Source of the DNA: Gemmatales bacterium | GTDB lineage: Bacteria; Planctomycetota; Planctomycetia; Gemmatales; HRBIN36 | Direction of reading: 5' to 3' | Assembly: GCA_041640595.1 (NCBI GenBank) | Contig: JBEPZY010000004.1 | Span: forward strand, 294,014-358,013 | Length of the DNA: 64,000 nt | Shown here: piece after piece, positions 20,742 through 31,207 of the stretch | Layout of the letters: the number at the start of each line of letters is the position of its first letter | How positions within the stretch are numbered: the first letter of the stretch is position 1 | Translations under genes and position numbers: made by a program | The notes under the pieces: generated by a model | Told to the model about the DNA's origin: nothing | The model's input: only the letters and a program-made list of their open reading frames with translations | Databases searched by the model: none

Positions 20742-21740
20742 ATGGCTCAAACCAGCGCAACCGGAACCCGGCTGCGAATCCTCTCCGGTGTCCAGCCGTC
20801 GGGCAAACTGCATCTCGGCAATTATTTCGGTGCCATCAAGCAGCACATCGAGCTGCAGGACGAAGGCGAATGTTTTTACTTCATTGCCGATTTGCACGCT
20901 CTGACCACCATCCAGAATGCCGAGGAACTGCAGGCCAACGTCCGCGATGTCGCCCTCGATTACCTCGCCCTCGGGCTGGACCCGAAGAAAACCGTCTTCT
21001 TCCGCCAATCGGACGTTCCGGAAGTAACGGAACTGGCCTGGATTTTTTCGACCGTCACGGGGATGGGCTTGCTGGAACGTGCCCATTCCTACAAGGACAA
21101 AGTGGCGCGAGGCTTGCCGGCCAGCGTCGGCTTGTTCTTCTACCCCGTGCTTATGGCAGCGGACATTCTGATTTACCGTTCTCACCTGGTGCCGGTCGGC
21201 CAGGATCAGGTCCAGCACCTGGAAATCACCCGCGACATTGCCGGCTATTTCAACCGTACCTACGGCGAAATTTTTCCGCTGCCGGAATACCGACTCGGTC
21301 AGGCACCGGTGGTGCCCGGCCTGGACGGAAAAAAGATGAGCAAATCCTACGGCAACACCATCGAAATTTTCGCCGAGGGCAAGGAACTGAAAAAGAAAGT
21401 GATGAGCATCGTTACCGACAGCACACCGCTGGAAGCCCCCAAAGACCCCGATAAGTGCACCGTTTTCAAGTTGTATTCGCTCTTCGCCACACCGCAGGAA
21501 CAGCAGGAACTGGCCGAAAAGTATCGTGCCGGCGGTTTCGGTTACGGTCAGGCCAAACAGATGCTTTACGAGAAGATCGAGCAGTACTTCGCAGCGGCAC
21601 GCCAGCGACGCCGGGAACTGGCGAAAGAGCCGGGACTGGTCGAAGAGGTGCTGCGTCAGGGCGCAGCCCGTGCTCGTGCCGAAGCTCGCGCCACTATGGC
21701 CCTGGTCCGCCGTGCCGTCGGCCTCAACCCACCGCCGTAA
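20742..21740 (+). CDS. trpS: Tryptophan--tRNA ligase
   Basis: SGVQPSGKLHLGNY, YPVLMAADIL, VPVGQDQ, KMSKS. Confidence 0.97.
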   Translation: MAQTSATGTRLRILSGVQPSGKLHLGNYFGAIKQHIELQDEGECFYFIADLHALTTIQNAEELQANVRDVALDYLALGLDPKKTVFFRQSDVPEVTELAWIFSTVTGMGLLERAHSYKDKVARGLPASVGLFFYPVLMAADILIYRSHLVPVGQDQVQHLEITRDIAGYFNRTYGEIFPLPEYRLGQAPVVPGLDGKKMSKSYGNTIEIFAEGKELKKKVMSIVTDSTPLEAPKDPDKCTVFKLYSLFATPQEQQELAEKYRAGGFGYGQAKQMLYEKIEQYFAAARQRRRELAKEPGLVEEVLRQGAARARAEARATMALVRRAVGLNPPP

Positions 21741-21954
21741 ACCATCCGCATGCTCCGGCAAAACAAAATCAACGGCTAGACCTGGACAATTCAACCCCCT
21801 CCGTAAGCCATCCGCACTCGCCGTCGCTTGCTTATTCCCCGACTGGGTTACTGAACCATTCACCTCCTCTCTAAACCAACCGCACCCCCGGACTTAGTTG
21901 CTCGAACAACAGGTTAGCCGTCGGCCCGCACCGATCTCGATAAACCTTCCGTAC
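21724..21954. repeat. Four degenerating copies of the trpS stop region separated by unique sequence
   Basis: TAA(A/G)CC..CCG.A core at 21738, 21804, 21872 and 21941. Confidence 0.75.
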
Positions 21955-21979
21955 CTCCAGGCCCAACCGCTTCACCAGA

Positions 21980-22800
21980 GCCGCCAGCGTGAGCCAGCCG
22001 TGCAACAGCGAGCATCATCGCAAATCGCAAACGCATGTCCGTAACGATCCTCGTGCATGCAACCAGGAGCGGAAGGGCGTAAGCCAGCCGTGGCACACTG
22101 AGTCCGTTGCGAATGCGTTACACTGCCACTTGCGAACGTGCGTTTCTGCATCGAAAAATCGTTTTCTCGCCGGCAAACGGTCGCACTGCACCAAGAGCGG
22201 GGGGCGTAAGCCCCCCGTGGCGCCTATAAACGCAATTGCAACGGCCATCCACGCACACGCATACACACCGTCGGCGATCTGCCGACGAACGACGCTCCTG
22301 TCCGCCGACACGCATTTGCCCGCCCACGGCGGGCTGACGCCCGCCGCTCTTGCGAAGGTGCGTTTGTGCAGTGCGAATGTCGTTTTTCGCAGCGAACGAA
22401 CGTCGTGCAACCAGGAGCGGGGGGCGTAAGCCCCCCGTGGCATGCACTCCGCACGCGAGATCCAAACGCCGATGTTCGTCGCACTGCACTTGCAGATGCG
22501 GTTCCGAAAACCACGGCGGGCTCACGCCCGCCGCTCTTGTGAACGTGCGTTTGTGCACCGCAAAAATCGTTTTTTTCGCCGTTAGACATGCGCATTGCAA
22601 CACAGGGGCGGGGGCGTAAGCCCCCCGTGGGAAACAAACCCCGGCGCAAGTGCGTTACATTACCACCGCGGGCTGACGCTCGGCGCTCTTGGTGGCGTTC
22701 ATTTTCCGGTGAAAGTCGCAGTTCCACCGTAATCGCGTTTCGCTTACCACGGCGGGCTGACGCTCGGCGCTCTTGTAAATGTGCGTTTGTGCAGCGCGAA
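21980..22800. repeat. REP-like palindrome cluster (about 9 copies)
   Basis: Multiple GAGCGG...CGTAAG...CCGTGG units and their reverse complements. Confidence 0.85.
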
Positions 22801-23058
22801 TGTCGTTTTTTGCACGGAAAGCCGGTGCGCACTGCGGGTAGCGTTCTTCTCCTGCGAACCCAGGCTGTGCACCGGGGGTGGTCTTTTTCTCCAGCGAACT
22901 GAGGTTGTGCACTAACAGCGACCGGAGAAGGATTGCCGGTGTTGGTAAGTGTAGCTAAAATTCAAGCAAGGGAGCTGTCTCTGTAGTCACTTCGCTCGGG
23001 TTTGCTGGTCTCTCGGACTCAGGGTGAAACTGGAACTTATGGTAAGCGAGCCGTCTCG

Positions 23059-23622
23059 ATGCCCACCACGCCATATACCCTGTTACAACGGGCCTGCCTG
23101 TTAGACCCGGCGGCATGGGACCGCTTGTGCGCCTTGTATGGGCCTATCGTTTACGGCTGGTGTCGGCAGCGAGGCTTGCAGGAAAGCGACGCTGCTGACG
23201 TTGTTCAGGAGGTCTTCCGTTCCGTCTTCCTGAACCTGAGCCAGTTCGTGCGGCAGGGCGGTGTCTTTCATGCCTGGCTGTGGACAATCACCGCGAACCA
23301 GATTCGGCTGCACTTTCGCCGCGCCAGGCACCAGCCGACCGTAGCGCTAGGCAGTCAGGACCAAGAACTGGCCGACCCGCAGCTGATGGGCGACAGCGAA
23401 CCGGAACCCGAAACGACACGGCAGCGGGTCGTTCACCGTGTTCTGGAGCTGGTGCGCGGTGATTTCCAAGATCAAACCTGGCAATGTTTTGTCCGTACCG
23501 CACTGCGAGGGGAATCCTGTACCGAGGTAGCGGCAGCACTGGGCATGACCGCCAACGCGGTTCGGCAGGCTCGTTTCCGCGTACTGCGGCGGTTACGGGA
23601 AGAACTCGATCAGTTGCTGTGA
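23059..23622 (+). CDS. ECF RNA polymerase sigma factor, kinase-associated
   Basis: AWDRLCALYGP, DAADVVQEVF, FHAWLWTI, EVAAALGMTANAVRQARFRV; directly upstream of a membrane kinase. Confidence 0.9.
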   Translation: MPTTPYTLLQRACLLDPAAWDRLCALYGPIVYGWCRQRGLQESDAADVVQEVFRSVFLNLSQFVRQGGVFHAWLWTITANQIRLHFRRARHQPTVALGSQDQELADPQLMGDSEPEPETTRQRVVHRVLELVRGDFQDQTWQCFVRTALRGESCTEVAAALGMTANAVRQARFRVLRRLREELDQLL

Positions 23623-23717
23623 GCGTTCCCGATCGTTTTTGCGTAACGCCCGCGCATCTTGCCTTATAGAAGGTCGTTTACCGACAAAGGCCATTTACGA
23701 ACAACAAGGAGCCGGTC

Positions 23718-26700
23718 ATGCCCGAGCCACGTATGCCCGATGAGGCGCAGCTTGACCGCCAGCTGGCTGAGCTGGACGAAAACCCTGGCGCCCCTGTGGA
23801 TTCCACAATCCGCCAGCTTCACACGGAGCTGGAAAGGCTCGCCAAAAGTCTGCAAGAACCGGTGTCTCCTGACCCGCACGAGAAGGAATCGGGTTGTCGG
23901 CGCGCTGTTGAGCAGGCCCAGGCTCTGGCCTTCGAAATGACCACGCTGAACCCAGTGGCGGCTTGTCCACCTGCGGCGGACGTTCCGCTTCCGGAACGCC
24001 TCGAGCATTTTCGCATCCTCAGCATGCTGGGCCAGGGAGGCATGGGGGCGGTTTATCTGGCCGAGGACACACGGCTGGGCCGGCACGTGGCGCTCAAGAC
24101 ACTGCGTCGTGAACTCGCTGCCAAACCCCAGGCCAAGGAGCGATTTCTGCGTGAAGCCCGCCTGGCCGCCGCTGTGGAAAACGACCACATCGTTCCTATC
24201 TACCACGTTGGAGAAGATGCCGGGACTCCGTACTTGGCCATGCCCGTGCTGCAGGGACAAAGTCTGGAGGATTTGCTCCGGCAGCGCAGGGTACTGGCAG
24301 TACCCGAGGTGCTGTTCTTGGGTATTCAAATTGCTGAAGGGTTAGCTGCCGCTCACGAGCGTGGCCTGATCCACCGCGATATCAAGCCAAGCAATATCTG
24401 GGTCGAGCCGATCGGTGGCGGGCGTGTGAAAATTCTCGATTTCGGGCTGGCCCGTTCCAGCCAAACCGACACCTGCTTGACGCAAGCGGGCGCGATCGTG
24501 GGCACCCCCTCGTACATGGCCCCGGAGCAGGCTCGAGGGGACAAGCTCGATGCCCGCGCCGACCTGTACAGCCTGGGGGTCGTCCTCTACCGCCTGGCGA
24601 CCGGCGAATTGCCCCTCAAGGGTGTCGATACCATGAGCATGCTCCTGGCCCTGGCCATCAACGAGCCGACGCCCGCTCACGTGGTCAACCCCGAGGTGCC
24701 GGCCGAATTGTCGGTTCTCATCATGCGGCTCTTGGCCAAGGAGCCGAGCGAACGCCCCGCCTCCGCACAAGACGTGATGCGGCAACTGCAAGCGCTGCAA
24801 AAAGCGCCCGCCGAAACCAACCATCAAACGCAACCGCTCCCTCACCGTCGCGGCCCGGAAAAAACAACTGCCGCTCGCGGCTCCGAAAAGGCAACTCCCG
24901 CTCGCGGCTCGGGTCCGCGCAGCCGCTGGCCTCTTGTCGCCGCCGGGTTGCTCTTCGCCTTCTTCGGCGGCGGACTGCTGCTCCAGCAAATCATTCTCCG
25001 CATCACCGACAAGGAGGGCAAGACCCGCGAGATTGAACTGAAGCCGGGCGACCGGATCGAGATCGTGGAGAAATCCGCTCCAAAACCTGATCCCACCACG
25101 ACGCCGCGGAAGAAAGAACCGGAAATCAAGATCACCGCCGGCGACCCCGACCGCCGCGCCGCCGAGTATGTGCTGTCGATCGGGGGGCACGTGCAGATCA
25201 ACGACAAGGACCAGTGGCTCATCGCCGCCCCTTTGCCGAAAGAGCCGTTCCGCCTCACGGCGGTGACCCTGAACGTCAATCCCAAGGTGACGGACGCCGG
25301 GTTGGCTCATTTCATGGACTGCAAGTACCTGACGCACCTCCACCTGGACTTCACCCAAGTGACGGACGTCGGCCTGGCCTACTTCAAGGGCTGCAAGAAC
25401 CTGACGCATCTCTACCTGGGCAACACGCAAGTGACGGACGCCGGTCTGGCCTACTTCAAGGAATGCAAAAACGTGACGCATCTCAGCTTGCGCGAGACCA
25501 AGATCACAGACGCGGGGCTAGTCCCCTTCCAGGACTGCAAAGACCTGACATACCTAGACCTGACCGGCACACGGGTGACGGACGCGGGGCTGGCCCACTT
25601 CAAGAAGTGCAAAGGCCTAACGCATCTCTACTTGGGCAACACGCGTGTGACGGACGCCGGTCTGGCCTACTTCAAGGAATGCAAGAACCTGGCGGGCCTC
25701 ACACTGCATGGAACGTTGGTGACGGATGCGGGTCTGGCCCACTTTCAGGAGTGCAAAGGCCTGACGCATCTCGACTTGGGCAACACGCGTGTGACGGATG
25801 CCGGTCTGGCCTACTTCAAGGAATGCAAGAACCTGGCGGGCCTCACACTGCATGGAACGCTGGTGACGGATGCGGGTCTGGCCCACTTTCAGGAGTGCAA
25901 AGGCCTGACGTACCTCACCCTGGGGGGCACGCACGTGACGGATGTGGGTCTGGCGCACTTCCACGGCTGCAAGAACCTGACGTATCTCAGCCTGTACTCC
26001 ACGCGGGTGACGGACGCCGGGCTGGCCCACTTCAAGGACTGCAAGGGCCTGACGCAACTCTACCTGGAGGGCACGCAGCTTACGGACGAGTCCCTTTCAT
26101 GGATCGGTGGCCAACTGAGACTGAACCGCTTGGCCATCTCCGGCACCCGGATTTCGCTCTTAGGCTACGAACACCTCAAGGCCGCCTTGCCGAAGTGCAA
26201 CATCACCTGGTCCGAGCCGAACCGCAGCGTCGCCGAGAGCGTGCTGGCCCTGGGCGGGACGGTGGAGATCGGTTTCAAGGGCCAGCCGGCACGCCCGGTC
26301 AAGAGCGCGGAGGAACTGCCCAGGGAGCTCTTTCAGGTCCGTCGGGTGTCGCTGACCGGCGTCACCAAGCCGCTCGACAATCTGCCCGATTTGCTTTCAC
26401 AACTGAGATTCAACGAGTTCGACCGGTTGGAAAAACTGGACCTGACCGGTATCAAAGGGCTGAATTACGCATTCCTGGCTCCCTTCGCCGGCCTGGAAGA
26501 ACTGTCGCTGGCCAACGCGGGCCTGAACGACGCCTCGCTGGGCCAACTGCCGAAACTGCCCGCGCTCAAACGGCTGGTGCTCGACGGCAACGACATTCGC
26601 GGCACCGGTCTGACGGCCCTCAGCACCCAGCCGGCACTCGTCGATCTGTCGCTGGGCTGCCCGACCCTGACCGATCTCTATGCGAAAAACCTGGCCGAGC

Positions 26701-26882
26701 TGAAGCAGCTCAAGCGGCTGTCGCTGGCCGGCAGCAGCATCAGCGACGCTGCCATCCAGCACCTCGAAGGCCTGACCAATCTCGAAATGCTCGACCTGAG
26801 CCGGACGAAAATCACTCAGGCCGGCGTCGAACGATTGCGAAAAGCGCTACCCGCATGCACGATCCAGTGGGCCGCAAACTGA
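23718..26882 (+). CDS. Membrane Ser/Thr kinase with C-terminal leucine-rich repeats
   Basis: Kinase motifs (GQGGMGAVY, HRDIKPSN, DFGLA), TM segment WPLVAAGLLFAFFGGGLLL, 24-aa LRRs LTxLxLxxTxVTDAGLAHFxxCK; AAGGAG upstream. Confidence 0.93.
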   Translation: MPEPRMPDEAQLDRQLAELDENPGAPVDSTIRQLHTELERLAKSLQEPVSPDPHEKESGCRRAVEQAQALAFEMTTLNPVAACPPAADVPLPERLEHFRILSMLGQGGMGAVYLAEDTRLGRHVALKTLRRELAAKPQAKERFLREARLAAAVENDHIVPIYHVGEDAGTPYLAMPVLQGQSLEDLLRQRRVLAVPEVLFLGIQIAEGLAAAHERGLIHRDIKPSNIWVEPIGGGRVKILDFGLARSSQTDTCLTQAGAIVGTPSYMAPEQARGDKLDARADLYSLGVVLYRLATGELPLKGVDTMSMLLALAINEPTPAHVVNPEVPAELSVLIMRLLAKEPSERPASAQDVMRQLQALQKAPAETNHQTQPLPHRRGPEKTTAARGSEKATPARGSGPRSRWPLVAAGLLFAFFGGGLLLQQIILRITDKEGKTREIELKPGDRIEIVEKSAPKPDPTTTPRKKEPEIKITAGDPDRRAAEYVLSIGGHVQINDKDQWLIAAPLPKEPFRLTAVTLNVNPKVTDAGLAHFMDCKYLTHLHLDFTQVTDVGLAYFKGCKNLTHLYLGNTQVTDAGLAYFKECKNVTHLSLRETKITDAGLVPFQDCKDLTYLDLTGTRVTDAGLAHFKKCKGLTHLYLGNTRVTDAGLAYFKECKNLAGLTLHGTLVTDAGLAHFQECKGLTHLDLGNTRVTDAGLAYFKECKNLAGLTLHGTLVTDAGLAHFQECKGLTYLTLGGTHVTDVGLAHFHGCKNLTYLSLYSTRVTDAGLAHFKDCKGLTQLYLEGTQLTDESLSWIGGQLRLNRLAISGTRISLLGYEHLKAALPKCNITWSEPNRSVAESVLALGGTVEIGFKGQPARPVKSAEELPRELFQVRRVSLTGVTKPLDNLPDLLSQLRFNEFDRLEKLDLTGIKGLNYAFLAPFAGLEELSLANAGLNDASLGQLPKLPALKRLVLDGNDIRGTGLTALSTQPALVDLSLGCPTLTDLYAKNLAELKQLKRLSLAGSSISDAAIQHLEGLTNLEMLDLSRTKITQAGVERLRKALPACTIQWAAN

Positions 26883-26960
26883 TGGTGTCTCCGTAGGGCA
26901 ACTGGCCGCCCTCCCCAACGAGAAAATCGGCGTTTCGCTACCGCCTGCGCGTTCCCAGCA

Positions 26961-27665
26961 ACCACGGCAGACTGACGCCGCAGTAGTGGCAGCCCCCGCC
27001 TGGCGGTTCCTCATGTCTTCTCGGCACCACGGCAGACTGACGCCCTCCACCGCTTCGACTGTCGCTGTGCCCCGGACACTATTCGATTAATTCGCCGTCA
27101 ACCAGTCAGATCACCGACCACGGCGGGCTGACGCCCGCCGCTCTCGGTCGCGTTCCCGGTAAAAGTCGCAGTTCCAGCGTAATCGCGTTTCGCAAACCAC
27201 GGCGGGCTGACGCCCGCCGCTCTTGCGAACGTGCGTTTGTTCATCGCAAAAATCGTCATTCTTCCAGCGGACGCTCGTTGTACCGGCGCCGAGGAGCGGG
27301 GGGCGTAAGCCCCCCGTGGAACACACTCCGCATACAAGCACGAAACGCCAAAATTCATTGGATTGCACTTGCAGATGCGGTTCCGAAAACCACGGCGGGC
27401 CGACGCCCGCCGCTCTTGAAAACGTGCGTTTGTGCAGCGCGAATGTCGCTTTTCACTCCGAACAAACGTCGTGCAACCAGGAGCGGCTGGCGTAAGCCAG
27501 CCGTGGTACGCTGACCCCGTTGCGAATGGGTTAGACCGCCACCTTCCACCTCCGGCGCGGCTTTGGCTTCGGCCATCCGTGTCGCGGTGACTCTGTTGCG
27601 AATCCGTTACACCGCCACCGCTGGCTGACGCCCGCCGCTCTTGTGAACGTGCGTTTGTGCAGCGC
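26961..27665. repeat. REP-like palindrome cluster (about 6 full copies plus 2 half copies 65 bp apart)
   Basis: Same hairpin family. Confidence 0.85.
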
Positions 27666-27733
27666 GAATGTCGTCTTTTTGGCATTGAAAGCCGATGGCA
27701 AGCGCGAAGGACGGTTTCTTCCACCGAACCAGT

Positions 27734-28777
27734 TTACAAAGCGACGAAGCGGCGTTCGGCAGCGGAACGGTAGATGGCCAGGATGATTTCGACGGCCACA
27801 CGACCTTCCTGGCCATCCACGAGCGGTCGCGTGCCGGTTTCGATTGCCCGCAGGAAATCCGCCAGTTGTCGGCGGTGATACTCATGCGAAATCGCGGCCG
27901 GGTGCGAAGCCCCGCCGGAAGCCCCCACCTTCTGGGCAAAGCGGGCGCGAATCTGCTCGTCTTCGGGTCGCGGCTCGGCAAACTCCCAGCGGAGCACATC
28001 CTCCTGTTCCACGACCACGCTGCCCCGATCGCCGTGAATGGCGATGGTTTTCGGCAAGCCGGGCCAGATGCTCGTCGCCGCTTGTATGACGCCCAAAGCA
28101 CCGTTGGCGAAACGCAAGACCGCCACGGCAGTATCTTCGACCTCGATACGCTGATGGGCCAGCGTGGCCGTGATCGCCGCCACCTCCACCGGCCGACCCA
28201 TCATCCAGTACAGCAAATCCACGTTGTGGATAGCCTGGTTCATGAGTGCTCCGCCGCCGTCCAGCGCTTTGGTGCCTTTCCAGCCGCCCTGATCGTAATA
28301 CTCCTGCGAACGCCACCATTTGCAGGTGGTTTCGCCCAGGGTCAGCCGACCGAACCGCCCTTGTTCGACGGCCTGCTTGAGCACCACGTTGGCGTCGGCA
28401 AACCGCGACGGGAAAATCGTGCACAGCATCACCTTGTTTCGCTCACACGCGGCGATAATGCGGTCGCAGCGATCCAGCGTGATTTCCAGCGGCTTCTCGA
28501 CAACGACATGCTTTTTCGCTTCCGCAGCCGCAACGGCTGGTTCCATGTGAGCGCCGCTCGGCGTGCAGATGTTGACGATGTGCAGATCGCTCCGCCGCAA
28601 CATCGCCGGCAAATCCGTGTAAATGTCGCACTGCACGCCCACGGCCTCCTGCACTCGGCGAGCGTTCTCCGGATTGCGACTGTACAGGGCCACCAGGCGA
28701 GCGTTCGGCAGTTCCTTGATCGCCTGGGCATGAAAGCGTGCGATCATCCCGCATCCGACTATGCCAAATCCGAACAT
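27734..28777 (-). CDS. Gfo/Idh/MocA family oxidoreductase
   Basis: FGIVGCGMI, CTPSGAH, EKP, GGGALMNQAIH; strong GGAAGGAG before ATG 28777. Confidence 0.92.
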   Translation of the reverse strand: MFGFGIVGCGMIARFHAQAIKELPNARLVALYSRNPENARRVQEAVGVQCDIYTDLPAMLRRSDLHIVNICTPSGAHMEPAVAAAEAKKHVVVEKPLEITLDRCDRIIAACERNKVMLCTIFPSRFADANVVLKQAVEQGRFGRLTLGETTCKWWRSQEYYDQGGWKGTKALDGGGALMNQAIHNVDLLYWMMGRPVEVAAITATLAHQRIEVEDTAVAVLRFANGALGVIQAATSIWPGLPKTIAIHGDRGSVVVEQEDVLRWEFAEPRPEDEQIRARFAQKVGASGGASHPAAISHEYHRRQLADFLRAIETGTRPLVDGQEGRVAVEIILAIYRSAAERRFVAL

Positions 28778-28983
28778 GGCTGGTTCACTCCTTCCAGATC
28801 CCTGGTCCGGTGTGAAATCGCCTTTCCGAATGGCACGGGGGCTGCCTCGATCCGCTGTGCCATCGGCAATTCGCAATTGCTCGCATCCTGGCCTTTTTGC
28901 ACGGCTCCTGGATTCACTGTTGCAAGCAGCACGACTCAAAAGGCCACATCGGTCGGCCGTGAAGAGGTCTTGCACGGCTCCTC

Positions 28984-29540
28984 GATCCATTGTGCGATCA
29001 GTGACGCTCCGATTCCAGAGTCTGGGCACCAGGCGAACAATCCGACTGGCGGTAGGCGGTTCCATTCCCCAATCAACGAGGCTCCGATTCCAAAGTCTGG
29101 TCAGCAGGCGAACAACGCGACTGGCGGTAGGCAGATCCATTCCCCAATCAGCGAGGCCCCGATTCCAGAGTCTGGGCAGCAAGCGAACAATCCGACTGGC
29201 GGTAGGCAGATCCATTCCCCAATCAACGAGGCCCGGAATCCAGAGTCTGGGCAGCAGGCGAACAATGCGACTGGCGGTAAGGAGATCCATTCCCCAATCA
29301 GCGAGGCCCGGATTCCAGAGTCTGGGCAGCAGGCGAACAATGCGACTGGCGGTAAGAGGATCCATTCCCCAATCAGCGAGGCTGGGATTCCAGAGTCTGG
29401 GCAGTAAGCGAACACCCCGGTCGGCGGTAGGCGGTTCCATTCCCCAATCAACGAGGCCCGGATTCCAGAGTCTGGGCAGCAGGCGAACAATGCGACTGGC
29501 GGTAGGCAGATCCATTCCCCAATCAGCGAGGCCCGGATTC
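28984..29540. repeat. 75 bp tandem repeat, about 7.4 copies
   Basis: Unit starting GATTCCAGAGTCTGGGCAGCAGGCGAAC at 29011, 29086, 29161, 29236, 29311, 29386 and 29461. Confidence 0.95.
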
Positions 29541-29609
29541 GAGACTCTCCTATGTCCGCCGTTCTTTCTGAGCGTTCCGCGTTTGGTGCGCCAGCCCGGC
29601 ACCGTGCAA

Positions 29610-29996
29610 CCAGGAGCGGGGGGCGTAAGTCCCCCGTGGTGAACGTAGTCGAGTCCGCAGATGAATATGCATGTGTGCTGGGCGCGTTCCCGGACGCAGC
29701 GATGTTCCGGTCGAACTTGCAGCTGGAATACCCATAATTCGCCCAGCGCTCGCATTCCCGACCAAGAGCGGGGCGGCGTAAGCCCCCGTGGTATCGCTGG
29801 ACGCGATGGCAACGGTGATCGGCCCACATACTGCCGGCGGTTTTCCGAGCAATCGCCCTCGTGTCTGCGTAAACGTGTCTGCCGAACCACGGCGGGCTCA
29901 CGGGCGCCGCTCTTGGTGGTATTCATTTCCCGGTAAAAGTCGCAGTTCCACCGTTATCGCGTTTCGCAATCCACGGCGGGCTCACGCCCGCCGCTG
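29610..29996. repeat. REP-like palindrome cluster (4 copies)
   Basis: Same family; internal sequence similar to 31632-31810 and, inverted, to 63800-64000. Confidence 0.85.
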
Positions 29997-30099
29997 CTAG
30001 TAGTGTCGTGTCGGCGTGGAGGCTGGCAAAATCGGATTGCGAGCGACGCCGATCCTGACTTCGTCGCAGCTGCCGGATAGACTAAACGTGGATTCTCGC

Positions 30100-30762
30100 A
30101 TGGCCGAGCCTTTGCCTTCTGATGCTGGTCGCTCCGAATCCGCGGAACAGGACCTGGAGTTGTTGCACCAGGCCCGCCAGGGAAATTTCGCGGCTTTCGA
30201 GGCCCTGGTGCATCGCTTATTGCCGCGGGTAAGCGGTATGGCTCGCCGAATCCTCGGACCCGGCCCCGACGCCGAGGAGGTTACTCAGGAAACTTTCTTG
30301 AGCCTCCTGGAGCACCTGGATCAGTTTCGTGGAGACTCCTCGGTGGCGACCTGGGTTCTGCGCATTGCCACGAACCACGCCCTGCAGGTTTTGCGGAAAC
30401 GACGCGGTTTGACCGTTGTCCCCCTGGAAGTAACCGCACCCGACCAGGACAGCGGGGACACTCCTTTGCCACATCCGGATTACATTGCCCAGTGGCGCGA
30501 TAACCCCGAAGATTTGGCCCAGCAAGCCGAAGTTCGCCAAATCCTGGAGCAAGCCCTGGCGGAACTGGATGAGAAGTACCGCATCGTCTTTGTGCTCCGC
30601 GACATCGAAGGCTTTTCGGTCAAAGAGACGGCCGAAATGCTCGGGCTGAGCGAGGCCAACGTCAAGGTGCGATTATTGCGTGCCCGATTACAATTACGCG
30701 AACGGCTAACCCGCATATTCGGCGACGAGGCGACCCGCGTCTGGCCCAGCCATGCTCACTGA
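30100..30762 (+). CDS. ECF RNA polymerase sigma factor
   Basis: AFEALV, DAEEVTQETF, FRGDSSVATWVLRIATN, FVLRDIEGFSVKETAEMLGLSEANVKVRLLRAR. Confidence 0.92.
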   Translation: MAEPLPSDAGRSESAEQDLELLHQARQGNFAAFEALVHRLLPRVSGMARRILGPGPDAEEVTQETFLSLLEHLDQFRGDSSVATWVLRIATNHALQVLRKRRGLTVVPLEVTAPDQDSGDTPLPHPDYIAQWRDNPEDLAQQAEVRQILEQALAELDEKYRIVFVLRDIEGFSVKETAEMLGLSEANVKVRLLRARLQLRERLTRIFGDEATRVWPSHAH

Positions 30763-30774
30763 CGCCCCGACCGG

Positions 30775-30801
30775 TGTAACCTCCCCGCGGGATAACGCAT
30801 C
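30775..30801 (+). promoter_or_regulatory. Candidate ECF promoter TGTAAC-N15-CGCATC
   Basis: Same -35 hexamer and spacing as the site at 31112. Confidence 0.5.
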
Positions 30802-30831
30802 CATACAGGAAACCCGGGCGAGCTTCCGATC

Positions 30832-31092
30832 ATGACCTGCGAAGAACTGCTCCAGCTGCTCAACGAATACGTAGATGGCACGCTCGACCTGTCACTGGCG
30901 GAATGTCAGCAGTTTGCCGAGCATCTGGCCCAGTGCAATCCGTGTCAGGTCGTGGTGGACAATATCCGCAAAACCATTCGGCTGTATCGTGCCGGCGAGC
31001 CCTTTCCGATGCCGCCGGAGTTTGAGGCTCGGTTGCTTCAGGCGTTGCGCGAACGCTGGAAGGCCAAATTTCCCGACACCGTCAGCAGTTGA
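30832..31092 (+). CDS. Zinc-binding (zf-HC2) anti-sigma factor
   Basis: MTCEE...EHLAQCNPC HxxxCxxC motif immediately after the ECF sigma gene. Confidence 0.88.
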   Translation: MTCEELLQLLNEYVDGTLDLSLAECQQFAEHLAQCNPCQVVVDNIRKTIRLYRAGEPFPMPPEFEARLLQALRERWKAKFPDTVSS

Positions 31093-31111
31093 GCCAAATC
31101 CGCGCCAGGTC

Positions 31112-31138
31112 TGTAACTTTTGCCCGCCCCACCGAACT
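31112..31138 (+). promoter_or_regulatory. Candidate ECF promoter TGTAAC-N15-CGAACT
   Basis: Upstream of the small TGA-containing gene; matches the motif at 30775. Confidence 0.55.
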
Positions 31139-31207
31139 AACAATTAAGGCAGACCCAAACAACCTGGCAGACGATGATCCGCCATGCGACCGATCAAGGA
31201 ATCCGCT

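Noticed and set aside
28984..29540. CRISPR array call for the 75, 129 and 66 bp arrays
   Set aside because: Whole units are repeated, with no unique spacers.
28778..29926. 383 aa N-terminal repeat extension on the Gfo/Idh/MocA ORF
   Set aside because: Open only because the 75 bp unit is a multiple of 3 and stop-free; a strong RBS precedes ATG 28777 and the extension crosses REP elements.
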